Source: Ministeria vibrans ATCC 50519 | Lineage: Eukaryota > Protista > Filasterea | Direction of reading: 5' to 3' | Length of the DNA: 64,000 bases | Assembly (NCBI GenBank): GCA_943704425.1 | Contig: CALSCP010000141.1 | Span: forward strand, 9,567 to 73,566 | Part shown: in pieces, positions 31,953-44,512 of the stretch | Layout of the letters: every line of letters begins with the position of its first letter | Position numbering within the stretch: position 1 is the first letter of the stretch | The notes under the pieces: generated by a model | What the model was told of the DNA's origin: nothing | Database searches by the model: none | Seen by the model: the letters and a program-made list of their open reading frames with translations, nothing else | Made by a program: the position numbers and the translations under genes

Positions 31953-34305
31953 TAAATTTATTATTATTATTACTTATGAGTTTTTGTGACGTAGACCCGT
32001 CCAAGGGAGCAACCCATCGATTTTCCATGACGATTCGTGACAGTGCGCGCGACATTATCAATTTGGTTGTGTGGGCAGGCAATTTGGAGATGCTTGAAGA
32101 ATGCTTCAGCAAGTGCACAATTGGGGGATGGCTGTGCTGCTCGGGCTGTCGTATCGCGACCAAAGAGGTGGGCGATCGTGCGGTCTATTCGCCATTCACA
32201 TCGAGTCTTTACGAAGCGTCCATTCGACTACACTCGAGCACACTCGTGCTTCCCATCACCTGCGACATTAGCTCGGCAGCCACGGAGCGAGCCAAGGCGT
32301 TTCGCTCGCTTGTGCCACCGCAAAGTAGCATGGCGTCACTCGCGTCCATTTCCGACATCCTTGAACAAAGCATGACGCTGGAGGGCGTACGCTCTGTTTC
32401 GGTTTACTGCGTTGTGAAAAAGGTACAAAATACTACTAAAAACCCCGAAGAAGAAGACGACGGCCGGCGGAAAAAAAATATTAATATTACATGTTGTATT
32501 CTTCTTCTAATTATTATTATTATAACAATAATAATAACTGCATTCGTAAAGGTGGGAGAAGCGCAGACAATTAAAGCGCGCGCGTCCGACAAGGTTTACA
32601 CAAAGCTAGATGTGTCTGTGTTGGACACAACGGGAAGTACAGTTTTAGAGCTGTGGAATGCAGACACTGCAAATGCCGATGATTGGGTTGCCGGACACAC
32701 AGGTTAGAATGAGAAATGCAATAATACTAGTAATAATAAATAATTCCCATTAACTGGTTTTTTTAGTGCTTCTGTTGATCAACGTCTCAATGAAATACAA
32801 CTCGTTCCACAAACGCGCACAGCTTTCGTACGGCCTCCAGTCGTGGGCTGTGCTCTGGCCTGCCTGTCCCGAAGGCGAGACCCTGTACAAGTACGTGCAG
32901 AGCAATCAGTCGCTGCTGGAAACAAGTGACGCAGCCGAAGCGCAGCTGCAAGATCCTCCCAGTACGATAACAAGAAAATTTTAGCATACTTCAACGTTCA
33001 CGTTGACATACATGTATATGTCTGTGCAGTTTTCATTCAATCCTTATAAATATTATAATAATCTTTAATTTTAGTCGAGGAAATTGTCGACGTCAAGTCG
33101 TGTCGCTCAGTGTCCGAACTTTCCTCTTCACACAAAGGTACCTTTATAAAATATAATTATAATAATACTTATTATTATAGCCATGACATCTGCATTTGAC
33201 AAGACGTAATAATTATAATTATAATAATATTTTGCACGTGTATTAAACACGTATAATTATTTTAAACGCTTTAATATTATAATAATACAAAAAAAATAAT
33301 GTAACAATATAATTATAATAATTATTATTATTATTATTATAGGCCACCATGATCAGATGCAGTACTTTTCCGTGTGTGGGTTTATTACTGCCGCGGAGAC
33401 GTCGCGGCTCGCCCAGTTCAAGTGGTAGACATGCATTACAAAAAGCCCCGCATACATTTGATCAAATAATTTTCCCATTGTTCCAGCTCGCATTGCAAAG
33501 ACGAGGTTATGAGCAGCGACACAAAGTGCGCTCATTCTGAGTGTATCCAGGCTGAAGCAACTGTCTTGGAGAAGCTTGCGCTGCCGCTCACTATTGCAGA
33601 TCCAACTGGATCGCTGCGCCTCTTCCTCTATGACACCCTTGTCTCTGATTTGCTCTGCACAACAGTTAAGAATCCAAATAATAATAATTATTAATTTTTT
33701 TATCACCATCATCACCAACATACAAAATAAGAACAAAAATAATTAATAGTAATAATTTATTATTAATAAAACCATGACTATAATTAATAATAATTATTGT
33801 ATACTAAATTGAATAATAATAATATTTGATATAATAATTATTATTAATAATTTATTATTTTATTAATTTTGTATTATTTTTATTATTAAATTTTTATTAT
33901 TTTTATTATTTTTATTATTTTTATTATAATACGAAAGGGAGAGCAAATTGTCCGCATGACAAGAGCCCAATGTGACGATATTGAACAGGCGCTCCCCTTT
34001 CAGCCAGTCAAAGTGTGGCTCAAGGTACGCCATTTGTCATCTCAAAAATAATACAGTGACATAACAACAAGAACAACAACAACAAGAACAACAACAAGAT
34101 AATAATCATAATAATAATAATAATTACGTCTTAATAATAATAATAATAAAAAATAAAAACATATTAAATTATTATTATTAAATCTTGCGTTTTTCACTAG
34201 AGTTATGAGAGCAAAGAGGGACATGTGCGACTCAAGGCACTGCACTGCAAGCGGGAGGCTCCGCACGACGCAGCCGCACACATCACACAGCTCATTCACG
34301 ACTGA
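31313..34305 (+). CDS. MEIOB: Meiosis-specific OB-fold protein MEIOB
   Basis: Spliced product MSETAQALVPSFTPLAQL..NIEGFLVKKSSVKSF..RFSMTIRDSARDIINLVVW..YSPFTSS..VKKVGEA..PEGETL..IVDV..CSHC..CAHSEC..IADPTGSL..VKVWLK follows the recalled MEIOB sequence colinearly (FSFTIRDS, FSPATPS, VKSVGEP, LTDHTGTL). Confidence 0.87.
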
Positions 34306-34370
34306 GCAGTCAAAACTGAAATATTTTTTACAACAACAAAAAAAGAACAAAAAGAACTTCATACAAAAGG

Positions 34371-36867
34371 TCAATCGTTGCCTTCCTGAACAATCTTCGT
34401 CTGCTCATCTGCAGCAGCTTCGTCGTCCTTTCCCTTCTTTGCCTGTTCGTCCTCGTCTTCGTCCTCGTACTCATCGTAGCTCGTGTCAAAAAGAGGATTA
34501 ATCTTAGGGATGTCAGTGATGGAGGGCGCGGGAGCAGCTGCGGGTTTCTCCGTGTCAACGGAATCCGCATCAGTGGAAGTGAGCATTGCATTTGTCTGCA
34601 CAGGACTCGCCCGACGCTCTTTCTTCTCCTTGCGACCCCACTTGAGACTGGGAATGCGTCGCGTCACCGAGGCGAGTGGGTTCTTCGACAACGACGACGA
34701 CGACGACGACGCCGATGTGCCCACATCACCCGTATCCGTCGCCACCTCCGCCTCCGACGACGCACTTGTTCGGCCACTCTTCGTTGACGTCTCCCCCTCC
34801 CGCTCTTTTCTCTCCTCCTCCACCGCCACAGGCACATACGCTCCTCCACCACCCACCCGTGCCCTCGGCGCCTCCACCTTGTTTTTCTTGTCCACAATCG
34901 GGGCCACACTCTCAGGAAACAATCGACAGTGCAGTGCCCTACAAATCACGCACAAATGATTGATCATTACGATTAGCTTTCTGTCTCTTTTGTGAGTGAG
35001 CGAGTAAGTGAGTGAGTGAGTGAGTGTGTGTCTGTGTGTGTGCGTTGTGTGTGTGTGTGTGCGTTGTGTGTGTGTGTGTGTGTGTTGTACATACTCGATT
35101 TCCCGTTCACAATTGGTTGCAAGCGACACTCCACAGACCAGTTCCATCACACTACTCGCTTTGTCCAGCAGTATGTGAATATCTAAAACAGCACACACTC
35201 AAAAAAGTCAATACAACACACACTTATCGCAATTGGCCTGACCTGTGTCTGGATAGGACTGGAGTAGTTTGACTGTCATGGCAAAGTCACCATTAATAAT
35301 ATCATCGCGAACCAATCTAACAAACAGAGTGAGTGACATAAGACACGAATGAGACATGAATGAGACAGTGTGTGTGTGTGTGTTTCTTACATAACCATCG
35401 CAGCACAGAGATAGAGCAGAAAGTCGTAGCGATCAGGGTCGGATATGAGTGAGTCCCACATGCGAATGACGTCGGGCAGATGGAATTCCTGACTGAGCAT
35501 CAGAGTGACCCACCGAAACGCAAAGAAGTGCGGTTTGATCCCCTTATCAATCTGAACGAGAGCAAAAGTGAGCAAAAGAGAGGAAAAAGAGAGCAAAAGA
35601 GAGAAACACCCAGTAAGGGTGTCGGGTGAGAAAAGAAAGAAAAAAAAAGAAAATTAATAAAGAAATAGAAAGAAACAGAGTGATAGAGGAAAAAAGAAAC
35701 AACGTGATAGAGAGAGACACACACACACACACAATAGATAATTCGTACAAGGTCGTGCCAAAGGGGTTCGTCTGCCAAGTGAATGATTTTCATAATGCGG
35801 TTCATCTGAGCACTGATTCCCACATGTTCATCAACATCCAACGCCTAAGTAATCACGCAATCAGCCCAAATCAGTTCAACACACACACATACAGACACAC
35901 ACATACAGACACACAGACACAGACACAGACACACACACAAACACACACACACACAGACAGACACACACAGACACGCAGACACACAGACACACAGACACAC
36001 ACAGACTAGTACTTTGATGAAGTTGTCGCGGACTTCGCCCATAAGCATGGTGAAGCAGAAAAAGGCGTCTGCCTCGCATTGCATGCGCCACTCGGGCGAC
36101 GGGTCGTTGGCAAATACAAAGTAGAGGGGCGCCAGCAGCTCATTCATCCCCTGAATGTAGCGCACGCCCGGGTTCAATTTGGCATACAGGAACAGGATTC
36201 GCTCAAGGACTTCCCAGTGCTCTTCGCCCGATGAATCACTCTTTGCCTCGGCTGCGCAGCTTCCTGACTCGCTCGCACTCGCTGACGTCGTCGTCGGTGC
36301 TGATGCTGGTGCTGGTGTTGATGTCGCCGTCGTCGGTTCAGTCTCGTGTACGAGCGTGTCTTTGCGCGGCCTTTGCTCCCCCTCGTCGTCGTTGTCATCG
36401 TCGTCTTCTTCTTCTACCACCTCCTCCTCTTCTTCGTCTTCTTCGTCTCCACTCGCCTCCTCACTTACCGGCTGCGACAATGTCGCACTCAACGGGTGAG
36501 CTTTGATTCCATCCCACGACCCAAACAGCCCATCGGTGTCCTCCTCGTCGTCATCGCCAAACAGCGATGCGTTCTTTGCTGACTGCGCTCTATTCTTCTT
36601 TGCTTTGGTCTTCTTTCGACCATCGCCCGTCTTCTCGTCCACCGACGTCGCAGGAGCACCACCAGCACCGGCCGCCGGCCGGCCGCCCGGCCTCTCGTCC
36701 CGGCTGAGCGACGACGACGACGCCTTGAGCGTTGTTCGCTCGACGCGGTTCTTCAGCGAGAACAGCTCGACGTAGGAGCCGTCCTCGCGCGTCAGCGGAT
36801 GCGGGAAGTGCGTCTTGGTCTGGAAGAACGCAATGTCTGGCAGTGTTCTCCGTACATCCTTGTCAAT
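34371..36867 (-). CDS. TBC1D13: TBC1D13-like Rab GAP (5' end not found)
   Basis: QIDKDVRRTLPDIAFFQ, EEHWEVLERILFLYAKLNPGVRYIQGMNELLAP, EADAFFCFT, FFAFRWVTLMLSQEFHLPDVIRMWDSL. Confidence 0.88.
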
Positions 36868-37025
36868 CTGCGCAAGAACCACACAGACGCCAGAGTGTTT
36901 CACTGCGCAATTTCTTGTTGACACCCAACGTCAAAAAAAAAAAAGAAAAAAAAAAAAAAAAAAAAAGAGATAAGGAGAACGAAAAAACACCGTCTGATGG
37001 GTGCGCAAAAGGATGGGCGGGGTAC

Positions 37026-37353
37026 CCTTGAGATTGTCGACACGGCCACGGAACCGCTCGACGCCGCAGGACCAGCCGACCGAGTGATCCGCTGCCTTGA
37101 CAACGGTGCGATTTTTCACCTCCTCCGGTTTGGTGGCAAACTCGCGTGCCAGCGGCAGCAGGTTCATGCGCGCCTCCATGAAGCCAGGCACGTGGGCGAC
37201 CGTCAGCAGACCCAAGCCGGTTGGCCCAAAGGCCTCTTCGATCTGCGCATCAAGGATTTTCGCATCGTCGCTGTCGCTTGGCGCCGACGACGCCTTGACC
37301 AGGTCGGCGTACTCGAACGTCACCACTTTGGGCACTTTGGGTTCTTCAGACAT
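37026..37353 (-). CDS. First exon only of a 2OG-Fe(II) oxygenase-like (DIOX_N-type) protein
   Basis: MSEEPK..QIEEAFGPTGLGLLTVAHVPGF..RMNLLPLAREFA..SVGWSCGVE..DNLKG ends at a GTACCC donor. No matching downstream exon is visible. Confidence 0.7.
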
Positions 37354-37599
37354 TGCTGTAGAATGTATATTCAGAATGAAACAAAAGTCAAAACTGTGAG
37401 GTGCTGAGTGATCGACAGTGGTCAGTGAGCGAGTCAAAGAGTGAGTGTTACAGAAATAATGCTATAATAATTATATTAATTATTTGTGTTATTCCATCAT
37501 ATTATTAAATTTTCGAATAATTTTCAATCACAAACGAAAAGCGACAAAACAGGTAGCTCAGAGAAGAGACTTTCTACGTCATTGAATTTCTTATGTTTG

Positions 37600-40500
37600 T
37601 CACTCGGCAAAGGAACCGTAGGCCCCTCCGGCACCACCCAAGGACGCTGGTGTTGTCTCAAGCGAGCGTCCCGTGGCACTACGACTACGCTGGCGTGCGT
37701 CTGATACCGCCTTATCCTGTAGCGGTGCCGCGGGTGAGGCCAGAGGCGCCCGCGCATCGACACTGGACACACTGCGTTCGCGACGACTCGGCGACGGTAG
37801 CGTGAGTGGTTCATCTTCGGGTACGGGAGTAGACGCGGGGGTTGCGGTGCCCGAGGCACGACCAGAGCCAGGCGTCGTGCTGTTGCGCCACGACCAGCGC
37901 TTGGAGGGACTCGTCGTGGGAGTGGACGACGCTGACGATGGCTCAGGCGACATGGAGCGAGTGGGTCGCCCGGTACTGAGGCTGCGTGCGCGGCCATCGC
38001 CAGATGCTTCTGGCACGGCGTTGATTGAGCCGGACTGCGCTGCAGCAGCGACCATTTCAAGGGGTGTCTGGGATTGTTGATAGGATTGAAACTTGAGAGT
38101 GGGTTCAGTCGAGGAAGGGGCGTCGGTGGAGGGGAGGGCGGCCGACGGGGCAGGGAGCCCCGAGACGTGGTGTGACGACTGATGCTGATCGGGAATGTCA
38201 GTGCGAGACGCCGCCTCGACCACAGACGAGTAGATGCTTTTGATGCCTCGTTGCATGCGCGAAAGAAAGGCAGAGCGACCGGACGAGGACGAGGAGGCAG
38301 AGGCTGAGGCAGACGAGTGTGACTCGAGAGGCACATTGGTAACGGCACTCTGCTCCGAAACGGGCTGGGGTGTTGCGGCGTCGCGCATCCACGCAGTGCG
38401 CTCGGCAAAAATGCGCTCTTTGGCCGAGGGAGCACAGAAAAGCAAGTCAATGTACTTGTGCCGAATGAACTACAAGGAGAGAGGGTGTGTGTGGGAGTTT
38501 GAGAGTTTGAGAGACGAAAAAGAACAAAGTAGTAATAAAAAACAATTAATGAAAGAACATGTGTGATTTATGTGTGCAACATAGAAGTGAACCAATATGA
38601 AAGCCCACACCTGTTCACGGTCTTCGCGGGAGGACTGTTCTGTCGGGCGGGGCAGGGTAACGGCATGCTCAAGCTCGGCGTTGACGGCGTCGTTGCCCTT
38701 GTCCAGCAGTCGTTGAAGGGCCGAGTTTGACCATCGATCAAGACGAATGGAGCGTACCTGCGAAATGTGTGTGCCCAGACTGCGGTGGGCGGCCGAGCAC
38801 TCGAGACAAAGTGTCACGCCAATGCTGATAGACGCCCACTGCGGCTGGGGCACACCGCAGTCGGCACACTGCTGGTTGCTTGCATTGCTCATGATCACGT
38901 CAATCAGGTCGATGGTGTGCCGACGAGGCGGACCGGTCCGTGCGCTATCACTGGACGCACCGGTGCTGCCGTCGGGCTCATCGCTGCTGCTTATCATACC
39001 CGGCGTGCCGGCCGCGGACGACAACGGCAACGACACCGACTGGCCAGACGAGGGCGAGTGGGGCTCGGTGGAGTGCACAGCGGATGTGATAGCCTCACGC
39101 AAAGCATCCACCCACAAGGTGCGCATGAGCGAGTCTTCCGCTTGCAGCACGAGTGTTTTGCGCGGCGAGATCACATGAAAAGTGAAAGGCCGGTCGTTGG
39201 GTTCGCTTCCGCCCAGTTTGACAGTCGCAATACTGAGTGGTACAACACTGCGCGGTTGTGTGTCGCCCCGTCGCCGCTGCAGCGTCAATGTGTTGTGATG
39301 AATCGCAGCGTACACATAGCTCCACGACCATCCTGTGCCCAGCGCCCGTCGCTCGCCTAGGTACACGTAGCCCGAGGGTGGGTCGCCCAGTGTCACAGGG
39401 ATCTCGCTTACATCACATGCGCCAATGGATTCGTCCGTGTCAGGACCTGAATGTGCGTCTGCAGTGGGCGAATCACTGACTGCGCTTGCCGATGCGGCCG
39501 CAATTGCTTCGGCAATGGCTGGGTCACCTGCGGTTGCGTCGTCATGGTCGTCAGTAGCTACAATCACTCGGGAAGGACCGCCACCACTACTATTATTACT
39601 ACTACTAATGCTACTAGTAATACTGCCACTTTGAGACGCATCCGTCACTGTCGCTGACTGGAGAGCACGGGCGGCCGTGGTTGCGCCTGGAGGGGCGCGC
39701 GAGAGTGATGACGACTGTTGTTGTTGTTGTTGTTGTTGTTGTTGAAGTTGAAGTTTTAGTGCCTGATCGGGCGAGACAAGGTCGTGGGCTTGAAAGCGAA
39801 TGAGAGCGGCGGTGCGAACACGATCTTCGTTCTGCAACACGCGCTCCTTCTCCTGCTCAAGCTCAGCCATGCGCGCAGCACGCGACTCCTGCATGGAGCG
39901 AAGGGTTCCATAGAGGTCACCCAGGCGCTCCTGAAGATTGTCGCCAAAGACGCCCGACGAGATGCGGTGGTACGTAAGGCGTGAGGCCATAACATCGAGA
40001 AAAATGCCCAGCAGCCAGCTGCCCTTGGCTGAGTGGAGGCCGTTGAGCGCAACGACGGCATCACAGGTGCTGCGGTGACGCTGACGATCTGACTCATGAA
40101 GCTACGTGTAAAGGACGAAACATGGATGGAAGGTGTGAGCGCAGCCGTCAGCTTGACAAGGCGTCCGTACCTGCACAGCGAGCTCCGAGGCGGCTGCGTA
40201 GTCGCGCTGCGGACGACATCCGCGCAACTTGTCGCGCAGCGCGTCGGTGCTGGCCGTGAGCGACTCGGCGCGCTTCACAGCACCCTTGACCGAGTGGATG
40301 TCTCGCTCAATAAAGGCGGCGGGCGCCTCGACAAGCGCATGGTGCAGCTGCTGCACGAGCATGTCGCGGTGTTCGTCGGCACTGTCAAAGGCCGCCATGA
40401 ACTGCTCCAGCGCCGCGCGCGTTGGCTTGGCGCTCGCGTCTTCTGCTGCACATTGCGTGTTTACATACACCTGGACTTCCTTGGTCATCTGCTGCATCGC

Positions 40501-40710
40501 CAGCGTCTGTTCTCGCTGTGAAATGACATCAACACCAATTTTGCTGCTGCTGTTGTTGTTGTTGTTTCGTACCAAAGCGCGCACATGACGGGACGCCGCC
40601 TTTCTCAGCCGTTGAAGATTCTCCTCCAGCTGGTTGGCGCGCTCTAGCGACTCGTCATACTGGCTGACAAAGGTCGGGGTCGCCTGGGCGCAATCGAATA
40701 AAGAAAGCAT
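37600..40710 (-). CDS. BAR-PH-ArfGAP protein (ACAP/centaurin-beta-like, no ankyrin repeats)
   Basis: N-terminal helical BAR-like region, PH (DRPFTFHVISPRKTLVLQAED..WVDALREAI), ArfGAP CADC-x16-CLECSAAHRSLGTHISQVRSIRLD and FIRHKY, then a Ser-rich tail. Confidence 0.87.
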
Positions 40711-40853
40711 TTTGACTGAGAAGTGGGAAGTGAAGAAGATTAGAACATGAAGAAGAAGACGAATTACGTGTCAACTAAGTCAAATATTAGTCAATTGATC
40801 ATTCGACATTCTTCTGTCTTCATCTCTTTTTCTTTTCCTCTTCCCTTAGTCGC

Positions 40854-42427
40854 ATGGTGTCTTCACTAGTGTTCCGTGTGGTGTGCACATGGAGCGGCTA
40901 CGTGTATCCGGCATACTCTTCGTACAAGGCGATCAAGGTTGAACAAACGATGCTCTCCAACGCCTCCCGCTCACCCTGCGGCGCTCTCTAGTACAAAAAC
41001 ATCAAGGAGTACAACGGGTGGATGATGTACTGGATCGTGTTTGCGCTGTGGATCGCTGCCGAGCTGGTCTTCGACTTCTTTGTGTCCTGGCTGCCCTTCT
41101 ACTACTTTGCCAAGACCGCCTTTGTCATCTACCTCTCCCACTTTCGCGTACGCAACAACACCCCCCTCCCCCCCACATCTCCTCTCCTCTCTCTACCACC
41201 TGCACTTTTTTATTTCCCTTTTTTTTCTCTCCTTTTTTTTTTCGAAAATGTTTCGTCTCGTTTTTTTTATTCGACCCTCTCGTTCTGTTCCTTCTCTTCA
41301 CTTCCTGACCGCTCCACCCTCCCCATTGCGCACGCGCGCTGTATACCGTGGTGCACGTGCGCATGCCCCGAACACACTCCGCTTCCCTCTCAAATCGGCC
41401 AATCTTTCTCTCAAGTTCACCTCCAAAGTGTATCTCTCCTTATTGTTCTCTCTCACCACACCCATTTGGCTTGCTTCAGGGGGGAATTGGACTGTACAAA
41501 TCTGTGATCCATCCGACCTTCCGGCAGCACGAACAAGTGATCGACGAGGCGATTGACAGTGCTGCCAGCGAAATGCGCGTCCAGTCAGTCAAGTACGGAC
41601 GCATTGCCATGGACTACATTCAAAACATCATTGTCCACTCGGCAAACCACACCCGCGAGTTTGTTGTGCGGCAAATGCTTGCCCAACAAGAGCGTCGCAT
41701 GCTCGGCGGCACCGCAGACAACGACGCCGCGTCAGTGGGCACAGCACGAATTACAGAGTTGTCCGACAACGAAGAAGACGGTGACAAGAGCGCACCGCAG
41801 CGTACTCGTGCCATTCGACCAACCTCCCTCAAGCGCAAGCCATCGTCAAAGAGCAGTGCTACTGCAACAGCAGCTGCGCCGTCCGTGACGACGCGCGCTC
41901 AGGCACAAGCCGCAGCAGCCGCCGTCCACCGCCAGCCTACCTCAACTTCGTTCTTCTCGCGCTTCAGCCTCTCCTCGACCACAAGCACGCCCACCACTGC
42001 CACCACCACTGCATCGTCGTCGTCGTCCTCCTCGGCTGTACCGCGCTCCTCCTCGACATCCTCCTCCGCATCGACATCGTCACGCCGTCTTCCCGAGACG
42101 CCCCCTCAACAGTCTTATACGGTGCCCGATGACCCGCTCACCGACTCGTGGGTAGTCGACGACGAGCTTTTCTACGAGCGTGCCGACGACCTATTTGAAG
42201 AAATGGGCTCGCCTCGTGCCCCCAGCGTTCACTATGCCAACAGCAAGGCAAACCACCACGACGGCGACCTCAGCGATCCTGTCTCACCTTACGCTGTGCC
42301 CGACCAGTCGTCTCGCCTACGTCGTCGTCGTCCCTCCACCCCCTCCTCCGATAACTCGGCTTTTGACCAACTCAACGACTCAACCTCGCTTGCACCCGAT
42401 CCGCCAAAGAGTCGCTGGGGTTGGTGA
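40854..42427 (+). CDS. REEP: REEP1-4-like (TB2/DP1/HVA22) ER-shaping protein
   Basis: [53 protein letters not shown], followed by a long Ser-rich tail. Confidence 0.9.
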
Positions 42428-42557
42428 TCCGTAAGAAATATTTTTGTATCAAATTTCAAATGAATGAAGAATAGTCGTCTTGTTGGGACTTCCATTATTA
42501 TTATTATTATTTAGTATATTAAATATTTAGTCATTCTTTTTGACATTTCCATTGGCC

Positions 42558-43116
42558 ATGTCGTTCACCCCTCGCTGGACTGGTGCAATCTTGTTCAACG
42601 AGCGAGGGGAGTTCTTGGAGAGCAGGCACGACGAGGGGGCGGGTGTGGTTGCGGGCCAACTGCTCCGCATTGATCAAGCGCACGTCGCCACACTCGCCCT
42701 TGCCGCCACCGAAGCACGCTTTGTCACGGAGCTCCAGGAAGTCCTTTCGAAGATTGACGGGGTCTTCAGCCACATTCTGGGGCTGCTGCAGACGGCTGCG
42801 GTACCGCACAGGCGTCGCACATTCGGTTGTTGATGTTTGTTTCATGCAGCACGTCGAAGCGCAGGGACACAGCCCCGAATCGGCGCGTGTGCTGACAGAC
42901 ATCGAGAAGGATCTTTGCGTGCGTCACGCGGAAGCGATAGGCTTGATCGAGGAGGTGGCGGCGCGATCAGTGAAGTGTCGCGAGATCTGCGACCTAAACG
43001 CTGAATACCTCGCCACCATTGTAGACGCCGCGTCCTTCGATAGCTTCCAACAAAAGCTTGACTTTGAACGCGAGCTTCTTACTCGCCTGCACGCGTTTCT
43101 AGGCGTGGACTTGTGA
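42558..43116 (+). CDS. Hypothetical helical protein, ~169 aa, 2 exons
   Basis: ATG at 42558. The GT-AG intron 42801-42849 joins two ORFs in frame. Composition is coding-like; no family recognised. Confidence 0.7.
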
Positions 43117-43295
43117 CATTATCCTTTGTACATATTACGAATTTATTCAGACTTACTTTGATCGCTCATCGGCCATCGAACCAGTGCTTACACGGATAAT
43201 AAGTAATTAGTAGTGACTGATTACCAGTCTTTTCTCACACTTTTCACTTCCAAGCGTCTTTTCATCGCATCTCCCGTCGTCTGACTCGTCTCCCA

Positions 43296-44368
43296 ATGGT
43301 TGTGTCGTGGTACGCACGCTGGGCCAATCGTCGACCCTCATCTCTCTTTTCCGGTCTACAGCGCACTTGCTCTTGCCTCTGCAAGCGCTCACGAGTCGGT
43401 CCAGAGATTCCTTGAAGACACTCTGGGACACCCTGCCGCCGAGCAGTTTACGGCTTCGTGTGCGGCGTATTTGCCCGAAAAACGACAAGGTTTGCACTGG
43501 GCGATCACTTCACTTCGCCGCTCCTCTCCTGCCGACTGTTCCTGACCGACCCTGCCATCCATGTAGACGCCAGTGGCAATCTGGCACACCCTCTCTTTGT
43601 CATGTCGTACAGCGACGATCTTGATCATGTCTACGCCGTTTCAAACGACATTTGTGTTCAGGTATCGTTTTGATTGAAGTTGTGTTTCTCTCTCTATCAC
43701 TTTGTTTCTCTCTCTCTATCACTTTGTTTCTTTCTCCCTCCTCTCTCTATCACTTTGTTTCTCTCTCTCTATCACTGTGTTTCTCTCTCTCTCTATCACT
43801 TTGTTTCTCTCTCTATCACTTTGTTTCTTTCTCCCTCCTCTCTCTATCACTTTGTTTCTTTATCCTCTCTCTCTATCACTTTGTTTCTTTCTCCTCTCTC
43901 TATCACTTTGTTACTCTCTATCACTTTGTTTCTCTCTATCACTTTGTTTCTTTCTCCTCTCTCTCTTGCTATTTCTGACGGTCTGTCTAGGCCCACCGTG
44001 ACTTTGAAGTGTTGGTGACTGGTACCACTCTGAAGGGATTCTACCGCAAGCTTCATCGTAGCACGACAATTGCCGGCAAGACGTACCATTGTAGCCAGGG
44101 CATCCGAGTGCGCCTGGGCCAGGCCATTCTCAACGGGGCCGCTCCAGGGTTTGTGCTTCAAGTGGATCACACGGAATCGAGCGAGTGGTGCGACGAGTCT
44201 GAGGCAGTCCTGCGCCAGTGGCTTGCCGGCTTACCCTCGAGTGTCCTCGCACCCTCGGCCACACTCGACGAGCTCTTTCGCCCCGCCGGGATGGATCGAT
44301 TGCCTGCCGAGTACTCCCGACGCCACCTTAGCTTACAGTACATTGCCGCTCTCGCGGCTGCCCTCTGA
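43296..44368 (+). CDS. MED20: Mediator subunit 20
   Basis: Four exons: MVVSC..EQFTASCAAY..LFVMSYS..AHRDFEVLV..LKGFY..IAGKTY..VRLGQA..LQY. This matches the recalled MED20 layout. Confidence 0.8.
43685..43965 (+). repeat. Intronic minisatellite, core CTATCACTTTGTTTCT, ~11 copies
   Basis: Same core unit as 3462-3745, here in MED20 intron 3. Confidence 0.92.
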
Positions 44369-44512
44369 ACCCTTGTATGATTTGATAGTGTAAATAAACA
44401 ATAATGCAATATAAGCCACAAAATGTTTTGAATAATCATAAATCAAATTTCATTATTAATTTCCAAAAGGTCTTCTTTGCCGAGGTCCAGAGCCCAGGAA
44501 GCAGCAGACGCA

